Of a stretch of 64,000 nucleotides of DNA, positions 37,201 through 44,861 are shown in pieces. This DNA comes from a virus. Positions within the stretch are counted from its first letter, which is position 1. The number at the start of each line of letters is the position of its first letter. The notes under the pieces are model-generated. The model saw only the letters and a program-made list of their open reading frames with translations, ran no database searches and was not told the origin of the DNA. A program made the position numbers and the translations under genes. The stretch spans positions 32,001-96,000 of IMG/VR virus record IMGVR_UViG_3300037262_000003. One strand, written 5' to 3'.

Positions 37201-37919
37201 ACGCCGACATCGAATTTTAGCTTGAAGATGTCGCCGACATGGACGCCGCTGGAATTCCCGGTCGCATGCGTCCCGTCGACCGTCAGGCCGAGGAAGCCGC
37301 CGCCGTTGACCGTCTTGCTCGACCACAGCGTCGAATCGTAAATACGGAATACATCACCCGTGCCGTACCACTCGATGTTAGAAGACCACTTGCCGTCTCC
37401 TAGGAAGTACACTGCGGTTCCCGCTACATTCTGCGTGACCGTCGTGGACACCTTGTATGTACCGGCAGGTATGTAGACGACACCACCTCCCTTGGCCACT
37501 ACGGCGGCACTCGCGGCCTGGAATGCTGACGTGGAGTCGCTTACTCCTGTCTTGTCAGCTCCTAGCTGAGTGACGTTGACGATCACCGCCTGCAAGGTCT
37601 GAATAGAAGCCCTTGTGAGTACCTGCTTGACGGTGAAAGGCGTTGTATGAGCTACCGGGGTAGTTCCGTCTGCTCCTCGCGTCACTGTCGCCGTGTAAGG
37701 CCCGGTGCCAGTGACATTCGTAAAGAGCACCTTCTCAGTCTCAACAGACGCGAGAGAATCAGCGGCATAGCACTGGGTCGCGGGGGTCGAGGAACTAGAG
37801 ATCGTCGGCAGAGTAGACGCTGATAGCGTCCACGTCTCTACCGTTCCGGCAGCGGGCGCGGTAGTGCCACCGCTGGATACCGTCGCCGTCGCGTCGTTCG
37901 CGAAAACCTCTATTGCCAT
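34293..37919 (-). CDS. Mosaic tail fibre/spike: pectate-lyase-3-like start, inserted GH12 domain, high-GC C-terminal modules
   Basis: GADKTG..DST.AFQAA...GGGVVYIPAGTY; YPSVYVG, EVMVWM, WYL...QAGFEIWQGG; LAIANGGTGA. Confidence 0.85.
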   Translation of the reverse strand: MAIEVFANDATATVSSGGTTAPAAGTVETWTLSASTLPTISSSSTPATQCYAADSLASVETEKVLFTNVTGTGPYTATVTRGADGTTPVAHTTPFTVKQVLTRASIQTLQAVIVNVTQLGADKTGVSDSTSAFQAASAAVVAKGGGVVYIPAGTYKVSTTVTQNVAGTAVYFLGDGKWSSNIEWYGTGDVFRIYDSTLWSSKTVNGGGFLGLTVDGTHATGNSSGVHVGDIFKLKFDVGVQNFFAGTTSKGIWFDNQYSWCEQMEGEIFAQNCTQHVVFDNTANTSGNATGSYDRMNLNIFINQNGTGSGQYGSGSGTLTALQQVNDGPYVIQSNRYDSSAAFTVDYTIGLPTTFSVAASSLANTHPGSPAAYPSVYVGNQYGSLSPLNPFPLVCSSITPGQVVVSNTVTLGAGGSDIWDCVHDHWINTAPDPTNNATNGLEVMVWMANSTGVTPPGTLYASNVTIGANTFDVYWQSSWANATEGTASFQFTSQVTTATVDMYYLIQYMITQGWCNSAWYLIDCQAGFEIWQGGSGLVMDSFTVSNANGHGGDGVVFQNGALAQNAVQLGIFGNFSTSTTQYAVLRITGNNTALAGPDPGYSFISDSTFNIGVELDDATFLAPYTIYFGATGNYSFACGGLLSFAAGAYPFTASNKTSNFGYYGQVLGDSVLASVTNIFPTQVQTPYGLAIGNYAGPTALTANGQTIPTSVSFVPVTAAAAYTGLILATAGTSGQMVTVVNQSANALTFAAAGTSNVADGTADVIPALSSRQFFWDTNTSLWYGPNAENITGSAGSFTGSLAGDVTGTQGATTVGKVQGVAITSAEATLVSDLNNATARTATATLLPGEETVFTGSTTGQTLTLPASPPGSSINTVTNAASVSVTLAPGSGATLSNFGTSGNIAIPAGYTFAVVYIGTTWYVQSAGPSDFAKNNALAIANGGTGAITAAAAYNALSPMTTTGDLEYESGAGTAARLAGNTAATKKFLTQTGTGSASAAPGWGTIASGDLPAATTSAQGAVELDGTAADIQPLGTQAAGATGKAADAGHVHPGSVYIPSLPGGPYTGGTVAVDVFPGPTIAGGSIAAGQTWELDLWGTVTTTVDTQTLTWQVFYGGLAGTSLVSSGAANPNAGAAVTGAAMRYSAIVQFLSTTEASVTASLYMNYFLTTMGQQLTTVVTTGAEQMMVGMTPSAAGVSVTINGGCWKRVN

Positions 37920-37928
37920 ATTGACCTA

Positions 37929-38300
37929 CTAAGAAGCTGTTGGAAGAGTGATTGTGATAGGAGTTATTGACAGCGTGTCAGTCGTCGCCATTGTTGCCGA
38001 TGAAGACAGTGTGATCGAGAACTCAAAGGTTCCAGATGTTGACGCAGACCAGAAGCTAACGTCAGTCACGACCTCGTTGTTGGTACCTGCCCAAGACGGC
38101 CATGCCGGTGTGGTAGTGGCGCTGATAGAACCAGCGGAAGCGCCAGTTGCCCATGCAACAGCCTCACGCGTGGTTGTGCTAGAAACGTTGGAGGTACCAG
38201 CAGTGCCCGGATCTCCGGTGTGGAGCTGCGCAAACAACGCTGAGGTTGTCCAGTTGTTCAACGCTGTGTCGGCGTTGAGTACAGAAAGTCCGTCAGCCAT
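37929..38300 (-). CDS. Small tail-fibre-associated structural protein
   Basis: QLHTGDPG..GT; W.A.T.G.F. Confidence 0.7.
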   Translation of the reverse strand: MADGLSVLNADTALNNWTTSALFAQLHTGDPGTAGTSNVSSTTTREAVAWATGASAGSISATTTPAWPSWAGTNNEVVTDVSFWSASTSGTFEFSITLSSSATMATTDTLSITPITITLPTAS

Positions 38301-38308
38301 GATGTCTC

Positions 38309-38851
38309 CTAGGAGATGGTGTTGAAGGTGACCTGGAGGTTGAACTGGCTTGTGCCCGGATTACCCGTAGCCGTTCGCCTGATCCAGACAGGAAGAACCT
38401 GTCCTGGTCCTATATTACCAGCCTCTAGTCCGCCCGATACTGTGGCAGAAGGGCTGGAGTAACTGGAGATACCAGCGGGTGCGACATACGGGGAAGAGAT
38501 TTGGAGAGCCTGCTGTGAGCCCGAGTTGTAATTCGATACGCCGGTAGGGTCAAGTGCGTAGGCCCAGGTAATACATGAGCTAGTCACAGATGATGTGGGA
38601 ATCCACACTGTCGGGGCGATCATCGTGTCAGTGTCGTCACTGTTGTAGACGAAGACGCACTGATAGTCGATCTGCTGGGCTGCGTTCTGCGGGCCAGTAA
38701 GATCAGGGAATAGATTGTTCAGGACAGTGGAAAGGTTGACCTGCGTAGTCGAGCAGTACATTCCATTGGAGTTGTACACAGAGCCCGGAGTTGAATATCC
38801 ACTGTCAGCGTTCGGTGCTGACAGAAGATACTGAACCTCGTCAATGTTCAT
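38309..38851 (-). CDS. Putative structural protein
   Basis: NNLFPD.TG, DYQC.FVYN, VWIRRT. Confidence 0.65.
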   Translation of the reverse strand: MNIDEVQYLLSAPNADSGYSTPGSVYNSNGMYCSTTQVNLSTVLNNLFPDLTGPQNAAQQIDYQCVFVYNSDDTDTMIAPTVWIPTSSVTSSCITWAYALDPTGVSNYNSGSQQALQISSPYVAPAGISSYSSPSATVSGGLEAGNIGPGQVLPVWIRRTATGNPGTSQFNLQVTFNTIS

Positions 38852-39435
38852 TAGCTCACTCCGATTTCAAAGGTCCCAGGAGCGACCTGAATGCTCTGAG
38901 TGCTGAGAACCTGCTGAGCCACGGGAACCTGCCATACGTACAGCAGAAGCCCGTTCAGCACGGTGCTGGCGATGGGAGTGTAGGAGCTTGAGTCAGCGAA
39001 TGGCACGCCGATCATGGCAGCCCACCCGATAGGAGCGGCCTGGTTAGCCGTGTAAGGCCCGAAGGTCACGGTGTTAGTGTTCGTGAATGACGTGGGCTCG
39101 GATGCATTAGCAGCACCGAATGTGATGGGCTGACGTAGATAACCCGTCGTGGTGTCCTCAATGGCGGCGATGTCAGAGATGTTGACTACCAGGCCACCAC
39201 CAGGACCGGCCACGGTGGGGTCACTAGTCAGAAGACATAGGTAACGTTCATAGGGGCCAGTAACCCAGGTCGAGGTGTGCGGATCGTATACGTTCAGGAC
39301 TGATCCCGAGGTGTTGATCCACTCCTGTCCCACAATCCAAGTTCCAGGTGCGGACGCACCGATAAAAGGAGTGGCGATGCCGCTGATCTTGTTAGCGACG
39401 TACTCCGCCCCGTACTGGGTTAGCTGGCCAGCCAT
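38851..39435 (-). CDS. Tail-fibre-associated structural protein
   Basis: YL.LLT.DP, GY.RQ.ITF, N...TFGP. Confidence 0.65.
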   Translation of the reverse strand: MAGQLTQYGAEYVANKISGIATPFIGASAPGTWIVGQEWINTSGSVLNVYDPHTSTWVTGPYERYLCLLTSDPTVAGPGGGLVVNISDIAAIEDTTTGYLRQPITFGAANASEPTSFTNTNTVTFGPYTANQAAPIGWAAMIGVPFADSSSYTPIASTVLNGLLLYVWQVPVAQQVLSTQSIQVAPGTFEIGVS

Positions 39436-39440
39436 ATGTC

Positions 39441-39680
39441 CTACTCAGAGAAGTTGTAGGTGGATACTGTGCATGGAAGAATGCTGACGTTATCGTGGAA
39501 CGTCCATGAGACGCCGTCGTGCGCATCCCACCACGGGGTCCACGGCTGGTACGGAACAGCGGGCTGCTCGACCTTGACACGATCCAGGGTGAACTGGTAC
39601 GCTGCAACCATGCCCTCAAGCTCGGCTACCCTAACCTTGAGGTCGTTGATCTCGGCTTCTAGCTCTGCCTTTGTCTTCAT
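39441..39680 (-). CDS. Small coiled-coil hypothetical protein
   Basis: SD AAGGAGG; heptad pattern. Confidence 0.65.
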   Translation of the reverse strand: MKTKAELEAEINDLKVRVAELEGMVAAYQFTLDRVKVEQPAVPYQPWTPWWDAHDGVSWTFHDNVSILPCTVSTYNFSE

Positions 39681-39737
39681 TAGTCCTCCTTAACGGGACC
39701 ACGATGGTTAAGCGTCAACATAGTACAGTAACCGACA

Positions 39738-40226
39738 TCATTCATAGATATATCCGAGGTTCGCCAGGTGGTCAGCATGATCTGCATCGACCGTGTACCA
39801 GCGTCCCTCCTCGAATGTGAAGTTACGGAGACCGCCCAGGATCGGCGGCCTGATGTACCCGCCGAACTCATTAAGTTCACCTGCGAAGACGACCTCACGC
39901 CCGAACGTCTGGTCCTCGATGGGGTAGTTCACACGGATACGACGCTTCGGAAGCTCAAGTTCGACTTCCTCAACGACTACCTCAGTGGTCGCTTCACCAT
40001 CGACCTCGACAACCCGCTCGACAGGACGCTTGACAACCGGCCTAAGCTGAGTAGAGTAGTCCACATCAGTGTTGAGCTTAACTTCGCGATCAGACACAAG
40101 TGCGTCCTGAACCTGACGCTTGGACTCCTCGTGCTCGCGGGCAGCCTCTGTTGCTAGCTGCTGGCCACGGACACCGGTAAGGTCACCTGGACGCTTGCGC
40201 TGAGTACGGTTAGTTGCTGGAGGCAT
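39738..40226 (-). CDS. Hypothetical head-module protein
   Basis: SD AAGGGG before ATG 40226; F.EG..Y.V....A.HL..LGY. Confidence 0.7.
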   Translation of the reverse strand: MPPATNRTQRKRPGDLTGVRGQQLATEAAREHEESKRQVQDALVSDREVKLNTDVDYSTQLRPVVKRPVERVVEVDGEATTEVVVEEVELELPKRRIRVNYPIEDQTFGREVVFAGELNEFGGYIRPPILGGLRNFTFEEGRWYTVDADHADHLANLGYIYE

Positions 40227-40288
40227 TTCGTTCCCCTTGTCGTGTACGATTCTTGACTCCAGCATACCAGTTTCGCAAAGGAGGAAAC

Positions 40289-40651
40289 ATTAACAGTCTC
40301 TATCATGCCAAGAGCAGCGCCCGAAAGTGGGGCGGCCACTGGACGGACTACATTGACATCCATGAGTTCATCGACAGTTCCAAGCACATCATCGGAGACG
40401 CCCGGCACAGGAGCATCTACCATCACACCGAGGGTGTCTGGTTGACACAGCGCATCTTCGGGCGTACTCTGGTGCGTGGCAGGATCGAGATCCCGGTCAG
40501 GGAGATCGCTGAGCTTCACATCATCGAGGATCTGGGGTGGCTTCCGAGCCCGAAGGATTACATCGACAACATGGAGCTTCGCCCGTGGATGGGCGGGGAC
40601 AAGACCAAGCGCATCATCGCGCTAAGTGACTTCACAGGAGGAAACAAGTGA
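40289..40651 (+). CDS. DUF6915-like protein with apparent ATT start
   Basis: HAKSSARKWGG..DY..IH...D.SK...RHR..H; SD AAGGAGG then ATT AAC. Confidence 0.7.
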   Translation: MNSLYHAKSSARKWGGHWTDYIDIHEFIDSSKHIIGDARHRSIYHHTEGVWLTQRIFGRTLVRGRIEIPVREIAELHIIEDLGWLPSPKDYIDNMELRPWMGGDKTKRIIALSDFTGGNK

Positions 40652-41181
40652 CTGATACGACTCGCACCTTTGCAGGCATCCCGATGTCAGGCGACTTCAA
40701 CGACGGGTACAGCCGTCCCGAGCAGTACAAGCTGGAGGACTTCCTGCCGATCTTCAACGCGGTAGTCCAGAACACGCACGTCACCCGTTTCGGCTGGCAC
40801 CAGTACACCCCGTACTTCAACGACGGTGAGGAGTGCGTCTTCGGTGCTTCGAGTGTCTGGATCGAGACTGACGCTGATAACGTCAGCAAGGACGAGGAGA
40901 ACGACGACTACTACAGCCATGACGAGTGGTACAGCATGGACTACGGAGATGGATACCTGGCCAAGCATGACTGGAACGGGCCAGGTCACACCGAGGTCTA
41001 CGCAAACAACGAGCCCTGGGTTGCGTTCCTGCGCGAGCAGGCTTATGCTCTGTCCGGTGCGGTAGATGGCGGTCACTTCGACAACGTGCTGCTGGATAAC
41101 TTCGGCAACCATGTAGAGATCACTGTCTACCCTCGTGAAGACAGCCCGAGGATCGAGCTTGAGACGTACTCGCATGACTAA
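40648..41181 (+). CDS. Acidic hypothetical protein (W.QYTPYFNDG..C.F)
   Basis: GTGA-coupled to the DUF6915-like gene; SD AGGAGG. Confidence 0.75.
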   Translation: MTDTTRTFAGIPMSGDFNDGYSRPEQYKLEDFLPIFNAVVQNTHVTRFGWHQYTPYFNDGEECVFGASSVWIETDADNVSKDEENDDYYSHDEWYSMDYGDGYLAKHDWNGPGHTEVYANNEPWVAFLREQAYALSGAVDGGHFDNVLLDNFGNHVEITVYPREDSPRIELETYSHD

Positions 41182-41518
41182 GCCCATCGTGGCAGGAGGG
41201 CACGTAATGCCAGAGCCCTCCTGCCCGCATGGTTACACTAGATCAGATCTCGAAGCACTGTTCGGTGAAGCCCTACCGAAGTTCAACAAGTGGATGACCG
41301 GTCAGACTATGATGATCTGCGAGGCCACCCAGTATCACTACGACCGCAAACACGGAGAGTTCTGCGGCCATGCGGAAGGTGACGAGGAGACCTGGCAGTG
41401 CGACTACGTGGGCACGGGATACTACGAACCTTCGGAGTGTGCTGACAACCCTCACGGTGTGGTGGCTTACGTCTCTGATGTGGTCAGATTCGTCCGGGGC
41501 CTGCCCATTCTGGACTAG
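41174..41518 (+). CDS. Cys/His-containing hypothetical protein (alternative start 41207)
   Basis: F.KWM.GQT...C...PHG.V.Y..DV.RF..G.P. Confidence 0.65.
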   Translation: MTKPIVAGGHVMPEPSCPHGYTRSDLEALFGEALPKFNKWMTGQTMMICEATQYHYDRKHGEFCGHAEGDEETWQCDYVGTGYYEPSECADNPHGVVAYVSDVVRFVRGLPILD

Positions 41519-41664
41519 CTCGGGTACATGTAATTCCATCTATCGATGGAAAGTTGTCGGATCTGTCCCTGCAAAGGCTGTAGGGCAACACACTCGATCG
41601 TCATATCAGAGACGAGCGCGGATTGTGCGTTGGCCTCTATGATGAGGATCGTAGTCATGGTCAT
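41515..41664 (-). CDS. 49-aa protein paralogous to the C-terminus of 33071..34162 (not in ORF track)
   Basis: MTMTTILIIEANAQSALVSDMTIECVALQPLQGQIRQLSIDRWNYMYPS; TAAACT 6 nt before ATG. Confidence 0.75.
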   Translation of the reverse strand: MTMTTILIIEANAQSALVSDMTIECVALQPLQGQIRQLSIDRWNYMYPS

Positions 41665-41670
41665 GCTCCA

Positions 41671-41721
41671 AGTTTAGCTTGACAGGACACCCCAAGCTGT
41701 GTAGGCTTGGGGTGTCTTTTT
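41671..41721. promoter_or_regulatory. Divergent promoters overlapping a 12-bp inverted repeat with T-tail
   Basis: + TTGACA-17-TAGGCT; - TAAACT; GACACCCCAAGC-7-GCTTGGGGTGTC-TTTTT. Confidence 0.7.
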
Positions 41722-41742
41722 ATCCAACAAACAGGAGGATAT

Positions 41743-42717
41743 ATGAAGAAGCTACTAGCCGCTGTTGGTGTTATCGCCATGTCAGCGGCTCTCGGGCTTA
41801 GCGCTGCACCGGCTTTTGCGGACACGTCCAGTAGCATTCCCAGCGCAGGGTGGATCAGCACGGAGACTGTGCCCGACTACATTCTTGCCAACGATGGACT
41901 GAATGTCACATACACGCCCGGAACGGTGGAGTACTCTGCCACCTGGAATCCCAGGTTCTCTGCCCAGTGGCAGGATGCGTATCTCGTAACGGGATACTCT
42001 CACGGTGCCAACTCGACTGCCCAGGCAGGCTCATACGGCAAGTATGTGTACAAGATGCCCCTTCGAGTTGACGCAGAATCCCAGTTCACAGGCAGTATGA
42101 CATACAGCACCAGTTCTGACTTCGACGGCCGGCCGGGCTGGGACATCTGGCTGTCACCAAGCGGAAGTCAGAATGTTGACACGACTGCCGCGACACTGGA
42201 AGCCAACCCCCGTACTGTTGAGGTTCTTCTCCAGCCCGGCACCCTCTCTTATGAGTCCAACCCAGGTTACGACAGGATCTTTTACGGAGTCGGGTCTCTG
42301 TCTGACGTGAATATCGGTGAGTACGTCATCAAGGCCCTTGACTACCTCGGGCTGGACCCGTCAGAGTATTACTGGGCGGCGATCGACGGCGGCGCTGAGA
42401 TGACACGGGGATCGTTCACTATGGACAGCTACTCGCTATCAGTCGTAACTGATCAGACGGTGGGTTCCAAGACTGTCAAGATCCCCGACTGGGGTGCGAC
42501 GAAGCCCGCGAGTCACAAGGCTGTCAAGACTTACAAGGCTGTGGTGAAGGCTGTCAAGAAGGTCACCATCAAGGCAACTCCCGTGGCTGCCACAGTCACT
42601 GCCGCACAGCCTTCCTCAGGCATCTCAGGGACAGTCCTAGGACTGTTCGGATTGGGTGCTCTGCTGGCTGCTGCGACTGGCTTCCTGCTCTGGAGGCGTT
42701 CGCGTCGTCGGGGTTGA
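41743..42717 (+). CDS. Secreted, C-terminally anchored GH12-like protein
   Basis: Sec signal MKKLL...AFA; WDIWL, VEVLL, YYW..IDGGAE; K/A/V/T linker; TM helix then RRSRRRG. Confidence 0.6.
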   Translation: MKKLLAAVGVIAMSAALGLSAAPAFADTSSSIPSAGWISTETVPDYILANDGLNVTYTPGTVEYSATWNPRFSAQWQDAYLVTGYSHGANSTAQAGSYGKYVYKMPLRVDAESQFTGSMTYSTSSDFDGRPGWDIWLSPSGSQNVDTTAATLEANPRTVEVLLQPGTLSYESNPGYDRIFYGVGSLSDVNIGEYVIKALDYLGLDPSEYYWAAIDGGAEMTRGSFTMDSYSLSVVTDQTVGSKTVKIPDWGATKPASHKAVKTYKAVVKAVKKVTIKATPVAATVTAAQPSSGISGTVLGLFGLGALLAAATGFLLWRRSRRRG

Positions 42718-42770
42718 CGTTCGTTGTCATGCCCTGTAGACTTCTCTTACCAACGAAAAAGGGAGGCAAG

Positions 42771-42926
42771 ATGGCCGACAAGACAGACGAAAAGATCATT
42801 TGCGGGCACACCTGGAAGCAGAAGTACGAGGATGTGTGGCACGTGAACCACACGTGCAAGATCAAGATCGTGCCCGGCGTGCCCCACACTGGCTTTCACA
42901 TCTGTTCATGTGGAAGGGTTGACTAA
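42771..42926 (+). CDS. Cys/His-rich micro-protein 1 (51 aa)
   Basis: SD GGGAGG; C.H...H.C...H...H.CSCG. Confidence 0.65.
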   Translation: MADKTDEKIICGHTWKQKYEDVWHVNHTCKIKIVPGVPHTGFHICSCGRVD

Positions 42927-43099
42927 TGGCAGCTCACCAGCACGACTACAGGTACAGCGGTCCTCACGGGGAGACGACCACAGAGAAGGGCAGAACATGG
43001 AACGTCATGTACGCCCGATTCGTGTGCAAGAACCGGGAGACGTTCTGCCCTAAGCCCGTGATGGACAAGCTCATCCGAAAGACGGAGGTCAAGAAGTGA
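42926..43099 (+). CDS. Cys/His micro-protein 2 (57 aa, MAAHQHDY...VCKN...FCPKP)
   Basis: Hand translation; TAATG and GTGA overlaps. Confidence 0.65.
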   Translation: MAAHQHDYRYSGPHGETTTEKGRTWNVMYARFVCKNRETFCPKPVMDKLIRKTEVKK

Positions 43100-43287
43100 A
43101 GACCGAGCACAACTGCAAGAAGGCTGGCACATGCTCAAGGGTTGACAAGCCCGGCAGTCCGTGCAAGAGTCAAGACAAGGTTCCCAGCATGGGAGCCATC
43201 CACAAGCCCGATCACGATAACGGGTGCCACGCAGGCTGCTGGCCTGACGCTGGTGGTCCACCAACTAGTCACCGTAAGAGGCGCTAA
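43096..43287 (+). CDS. Cys/His micro-protein 3 (63 aa)
   Basis: GTGA overlap; SD GGAGGT. Confidence 0.6.
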   Translation: MKTEHNCKKAGTCSRVDKPGSPCKSQDKVPSMGAIHKPDHDNGCHAGCWPDAGGPPTSHRKRR

Positions 43288-43415
43288 TGAGCTGCCCTGG
43301 CGAAGCGCCGGACACACTGGTATGCAATGAGCAAGACACGCACGATCCGCATTTCTGGCAGGAGCCACATTCGGGCATAACCATGTGGTGTCCGGGTCAT
43401 ACTGAGATCCCATAG
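43287..43415 (+). CDS. Cys/His micro-protein 4 (42 aa, C.....H.PH.W...WCPG)
   Basis: Hand translation; TAATG overlap. Confidence 0.65.
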   Translation: MSCPGEAPDTLVCNEQDTHDPHFWQEPHSGITMWCPGHTEIP

Positions 43416-43423
43416 GAGGAACT

Positions 43424-43630
43424 ATGTCAGCACCAAAGCCGCGTTGGGCCAAGCCCGACGCTCCCAAGTCTGCCAAAAAGTGCCCGCCCCATGACATGAA
43501 GGAGGTTCACAAGTCCGTGGGCTTCAAGGGCTGGGGCAAGAACAAGAAGAAGATCACAACCAAGTACTTTGAGTGCAAGCGCCCAGGGTGCGACCACGAG
43601 GACACCGACGTGACGGAGGTAACAATCTGA
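43424..43630 (+). CDS. Lys-rich Cys/His micro-protein 5 (68 aa)
   Basis: SD AGGAGG; CPPH...CKRPGC. Confidence 0.65.
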   Translation: MSAPKPRWAKPDAPKSAKKCPPHDMKEVHKSVGFKGWGKNKKKITTKYFECKRPGCDHEDTDVTEVTI

Positions 43631-43830
43631 TGGGACTAGACGACATGGCGAAGAAGGCCCTCGCAAGCGCCGTACACAACATCAGGAAGGGCGCTAGCAG
43701 GCACTACTGCCCGGCCACCAAGGGAAATCACAAGATGGGTCATTCCGATATGGGCGGGGGCTGGAAGGTTCTCCACTGCACCGAGTGCGGATGGTTCGAC
43801 CCCAAGAAGCACCAGCACTTCTTGGGGTAG
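43630..43830 (+). CDS. Cys/His micro-protein 6 (66 aa)
   Basis: TGATG overlap; CP....H...CTECG. Confidence 0.65.
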   Translation: MGLDDMAKKALASAVHNIRKGASRHYCPATKGNHKMGHSDMGGGWKVLHCTECGWFDPKKHQHFLG

Positions 43831-43838
43831 GAGACACT

Positions 43839-43997
43839 GTGCCTAGGATCAACACGTGGCACTGCGGCAAGAAGGACGACCACCCTGGGCACCACTACCG
43901 CAGGCCGGGAAAGCTTCACGGGCGACCCGCTGTGATCAGGCTGTGGTGCCCAGGTGGCCCTTTCAAGCCGCAGGGCAAGAATCCCCCGGAGGAGTGA
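43839..43997 (+). CDS. Cys/His micro-protein 7 (52 aa, C.....HP.H.Y...WCPG)
   Basis: SD AGGAG before GTG; motif shared with micro-protein 4. Confidence 0.65.
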   Translation: MPRINTWHCGKKDDHPGHHYRRPGKLHGRPAVIRLWCPGGPFKPQGKNPPEE

Positions 43998-43998
43998 C

Positions 43999-44127
43999 AT
44001 GGCTGATCTATCGAAGTGTACTTCCAAGAAGTGCGTTCACACCAAAAAGGGCGGGCACTGCGATAACGCCTGGTGTGGTAACTGGTGGGGGGCTTGCTTT
44101 GTACACAACGGGATGATCAAGTCTTGA
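43999..44127 (+). CDS. Cys/His/Trp micro-protein 8 (42 aa, MADLSKCTSKKCVH...CDNAWCGNWWGACFVH)
   Basis: Hand translation; SD GGAGGAG. Confidence 0.65.
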   Translation: MADLSKCTSKKCVHTKKGGHCDNAWCGNWWGACFVHNGMIKS

Positions 44128-44152
44128 CACTGGCCACAGCATCTGATAGGAT
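44124..44152 (+). promoter_or_regulatory. Promoter giving a leaderless transcript at ATG 44159
   Basis: TTGACA-17-TAGGAT-6-ATG. Confidence 0.75.
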
Positions 44153-44158
44153 ATAGCC

Positions 44159-44317
44159 ATGATCAAGATTGTCGAAATGTCCGAAGAGGACGCAGCCACC
44201 ATTAACAAGTTTGCTGGTGGTGGCACCGAAATTGTACAGTACCTGGGAGCGGGCCAGGCAGCGGCGCATGTAGAACCCATTGAGGAGGGTGATGGCGAAG
44301 CCAGGCCCGAAGCCTGA
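44159..44317 (+). CDS. 52-aa acidic hypothetical protein (MIKIVEMSEED...)
   Basis: Hand translation; leaderless geometry. Confidence 0.55.
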   Translation: MIKIVEMSEEDAATINKFAGGGTEIVQYLGAGQAAAHVEPIEEGDGEARPEA

Positions 44318-44837
44318 TCCTTCTAAGCCCAACAGCAGGTACAACCCGGCCTCCCGGCACACACCGGGAGGCTCATCTATCTGTGGGTCCGGGCATGAAT
44401 GGGTCGAAGGTTCGTATAAGCTACGCGGGGATGGCAAGAAGATTTGCCTGATCTGCATCGAAGAACGCAAGGGAGACACGTGTAAGGCTGGCCACAGTCG
44501 GGAAGAGTTCCAGAACAAGTACGGAGCATGTCGGGCGTGCCAGGCTGAGAAGATGGTCGCACGGAGGCTCATGGAGAAGTATGGTTTGACACCTGAGGCA
44601 CTTGAGGATATGATCAAGGCACAGGACGGACGGTGTGCAGTATGTAGGGAAGAGTTCGACGCAGAGAAGCACAATGGAATCTGCGTAGATCACGACCACT
44701 CGTGCTGCCCCGGAGAAAAGACTTGCGGAAAGTGCGTAAGAGGGATACTATGTGATTGCTGCAACAAGCTTCTAGGAAACGCTCGTGATAGCGTGGAGAT
44801 CTTGGAAGCAGCAGTCAAGTATCTGTTGGAGAACTGA
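44292..44837 (+). CDS. Endonuclease VII-family HNH endonuclease
   Basis: KYGLT, QDGRCAVC, VDHDH, VRGILC..CN..LG..D. Confidence 0.88.
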   Translation: MAKPGPKPDPSKPNSRYNPASRHTPGGSSICGSGHEWVEGSYKLRGDGKKICLICIEERKGDTCKAGHSREEFQNKYGACRACQAEKMVARRLMEKYGLTPEALEDMIKAQDGRCAVCREEFDAEKHNGICVDHDHSCCPGEKTCGKCVRGILCDCCNKLLGNARDSVEILEAAVKYLLEN

Positions 44838-44841
44838 AAAA

Positions 44842-44861
44842 GCCCCCTCGTAAGAGGGGGC
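44842..44861 (-). terminator. Intrinsic terminator after the capsid gene (possibly bidirectional)
   Basis: GCCCCCTC-4-GAGGGGGC with T-run on the - strand. Confidence 0.75.
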
